Virus record (IMG/VR): IMGVR_UViG_3300004093_000005
Location: 1 to 46,953 of that record
Reading direction: 5' to 3' (one strand)
From: a virus
Lineage: Duplodnaviria; Caudoviricetes
DNA length: 46,953 bases
Shown here: one piece after another, positions 45,837 through 46,953 of the stretch
Layout of the letters: the number at the start of each line of letters is the position of its first letter
Numbering within the stretch: position 1 is the stretch's first letter
The notes under the pieces: model-generated
Seen by the model: only the letters and a program-made list of their open reading frames with translations
Databases searched by the model: none
Told to the model about the DNA's origin: nothing
Program-made: the position numbers and the translations under genes

Positions 45837-45957
45837 GGACGCTGCTGCGGAGATTCGTCGGCTCCACGAGCAGGGAGAGATATCCGATCTTGAGGCGAGC
45901 CGGCGCCTCGCTGAGCTCAAGGAGCGGCATCGCAGCTTTTTCGATAGATTCCTCTGA
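45763..45957 (+). CDS. Small SHOCT-like helical protein
   Basis: AGGAGG RBS; IRRLHEQGEISDLEASRRLAEL resembles SHOCT. Confidence 0.6.
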   Translation: MGAAVKERPVSERLTSQSRQLQELRDAAAEIRRLHEQGEISDLEASRRLAELKERHRSFFDRFL

Positions 45958-46069
45958 CATTATTGCGCCTGCGATGGGGGGAAGGCGATGACTGCTCGCA
46001 GATCGGCCTTCCACCAAAAATCGCGCCCCCCCATACGTCGGCATACACAAGCCGCACACCTTTCGGTGA

Positions 46070-46726
46070 CTACATCGGCCGCTCCGGCGGCGGCACGATT
46101 ACCAGCATGTCGTCGGGAAGGGGCCGCTGCAACTCCCGGGCGATCTCCCACGGCGCCGTCATCCACGTCTCGACCTCTTCGGCCTCTGTCAGAATGACTG
46201 GCATTGCCTTTTCGTGGATCGGCTTCACGAGGTTGTTTGGATCGCAGGTCAGAAAGCCGAACAACTCGAAGTCGCGTGCGCCGTCGCGCACCTTCTTCAC
46301 GCCGTGCCAAGACGTCCAGATACCCGCAAAGAACATCAGGGGCCGCTCGGCATTTCGGGCGAACCACGCGTTCGGCGTCCGCTGGCCCTCGACTTTCGCC
46401 GCCGGGTCCGGCTCGGCGAAGCTATTCATGGGCACCACGCAGCGATTTGCTGGCCCGAGCCATGGCCGCCAATGCCTCGAATGCGTTCTCCGGACGTTCG
46501 TCACGCCGGGATCATAGTTCGTGCGGAGATGCTCCGGAGGCGTCGGCATGCCCCATGTCGCCATGACCATCTCGCGCTCGCCGTCGGCTCCGATGCGGAC
46601 GATCGGCGCGAGCGTGCCGGGATAGACGTCGCGCGACGGCTCATTCCAGCCGCTCCGGTCGATCATGCCGCGGGTCAGATGAAGGATCGCCTCGCGGTTG
46701 CTCCGGACATTGTAGAGATTGCACAT
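46070..46726 (-). CDS. SOS response-associated peptidase (SRAP/YedK, HMCES family)
   Basis: MCN start with catalytic Cys2, TNVR, RCVVP..SFAE, FAGIW, PIHEKAMPVIL. Confidence 0.92.
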   Translation of the reverse strand: MCNLYNVRSNREAILHLTRGMIDRSGWNEPSRDVYPGTLAPIVRIGADGEREMVMATWGMPTPPEHLRTNYDPGVTNVRRTHSRHWRPWLGPANRCVVPMNSFAEPDPAAKVEGQRTPNAWFARNAERPLMFFAGIWTSWHGVKKVRDGARDFELFGFLTCDPNNLVKPIHEKAMPVILTEAEEVETWMTAPWEIARELQRPLPDDMLVIVPPPERPM

Positions 46727-46893
46727 GGGCGGCGTGATCTCCGGCGTGTCGACTCATTATAAGTATGACGGTCCGATCTGGCGCACCTGAATCGGGCGGA
46801 TCGCGGGCTAAAGTCTGTGACACTTTCAAGCAAATATCGGTCGGTTTCGAGGCTGGAAAAGTGTCACGCATCATTGATTTCTCAATTTGACAT

Positions 46894-46949
<56 letters not shown>

Positions 46950-46953
46950 CCCT

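Overview
The window is one apparently complete ~46.9 kb temperate prophage. It is integrated into a tRNA-Asp(GTC) gene and bounded by a perfect 56-bp att direct repeat (5-60 and 46894-46949). The host is probably a high-GC alphaproteobacterium (Rhizobiales-like); this is inferred from a GcrA-like gene, an alpha-type LexA box and a Rhizobiales-type palindromic repeat. Order: divergent tyrosine integrase and excisionase; a leftward early operon rich in nucleotide/DNA enzymes (DHFR, thermonuclease, SSB, DUF4326, ASCH, internally deleted DUF5131, NDT-like, a full DnaN beta clamp, DUF2303, HD hydrolase); a CI/Cro switch with twin promoter-operators; a rightward replication/modification operon (CII-like, primase, N4/N6 MTase, frameshifted GcrA, C5-MTase-like, HigBA-type TA, D5/P4 helicase, iteron origin); a lambda-like packaging/head module; a Mu-like contractile tail; an acyltransferase moron; a lysis cassette; and a right-end accessory island (putative LexA-controlled Zn-ribbon protein, low-GC TM+GAF-like/SHOCT-like pair, SRAP). 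Best leads: (1) a phage-encoded beta clamp together with C-terminal clamp-binding-like motifs on several phage proteins, including both methyltransferases; (2) the low-GC two-gene TM-GAF + SHOCT-like candidate defence module; (3) a Sec-type signal peptide on the major capsid protein; (4) an integrase with a non-canonical catalytic set. All family calls come from motif recognition by eye; no database searches were run.
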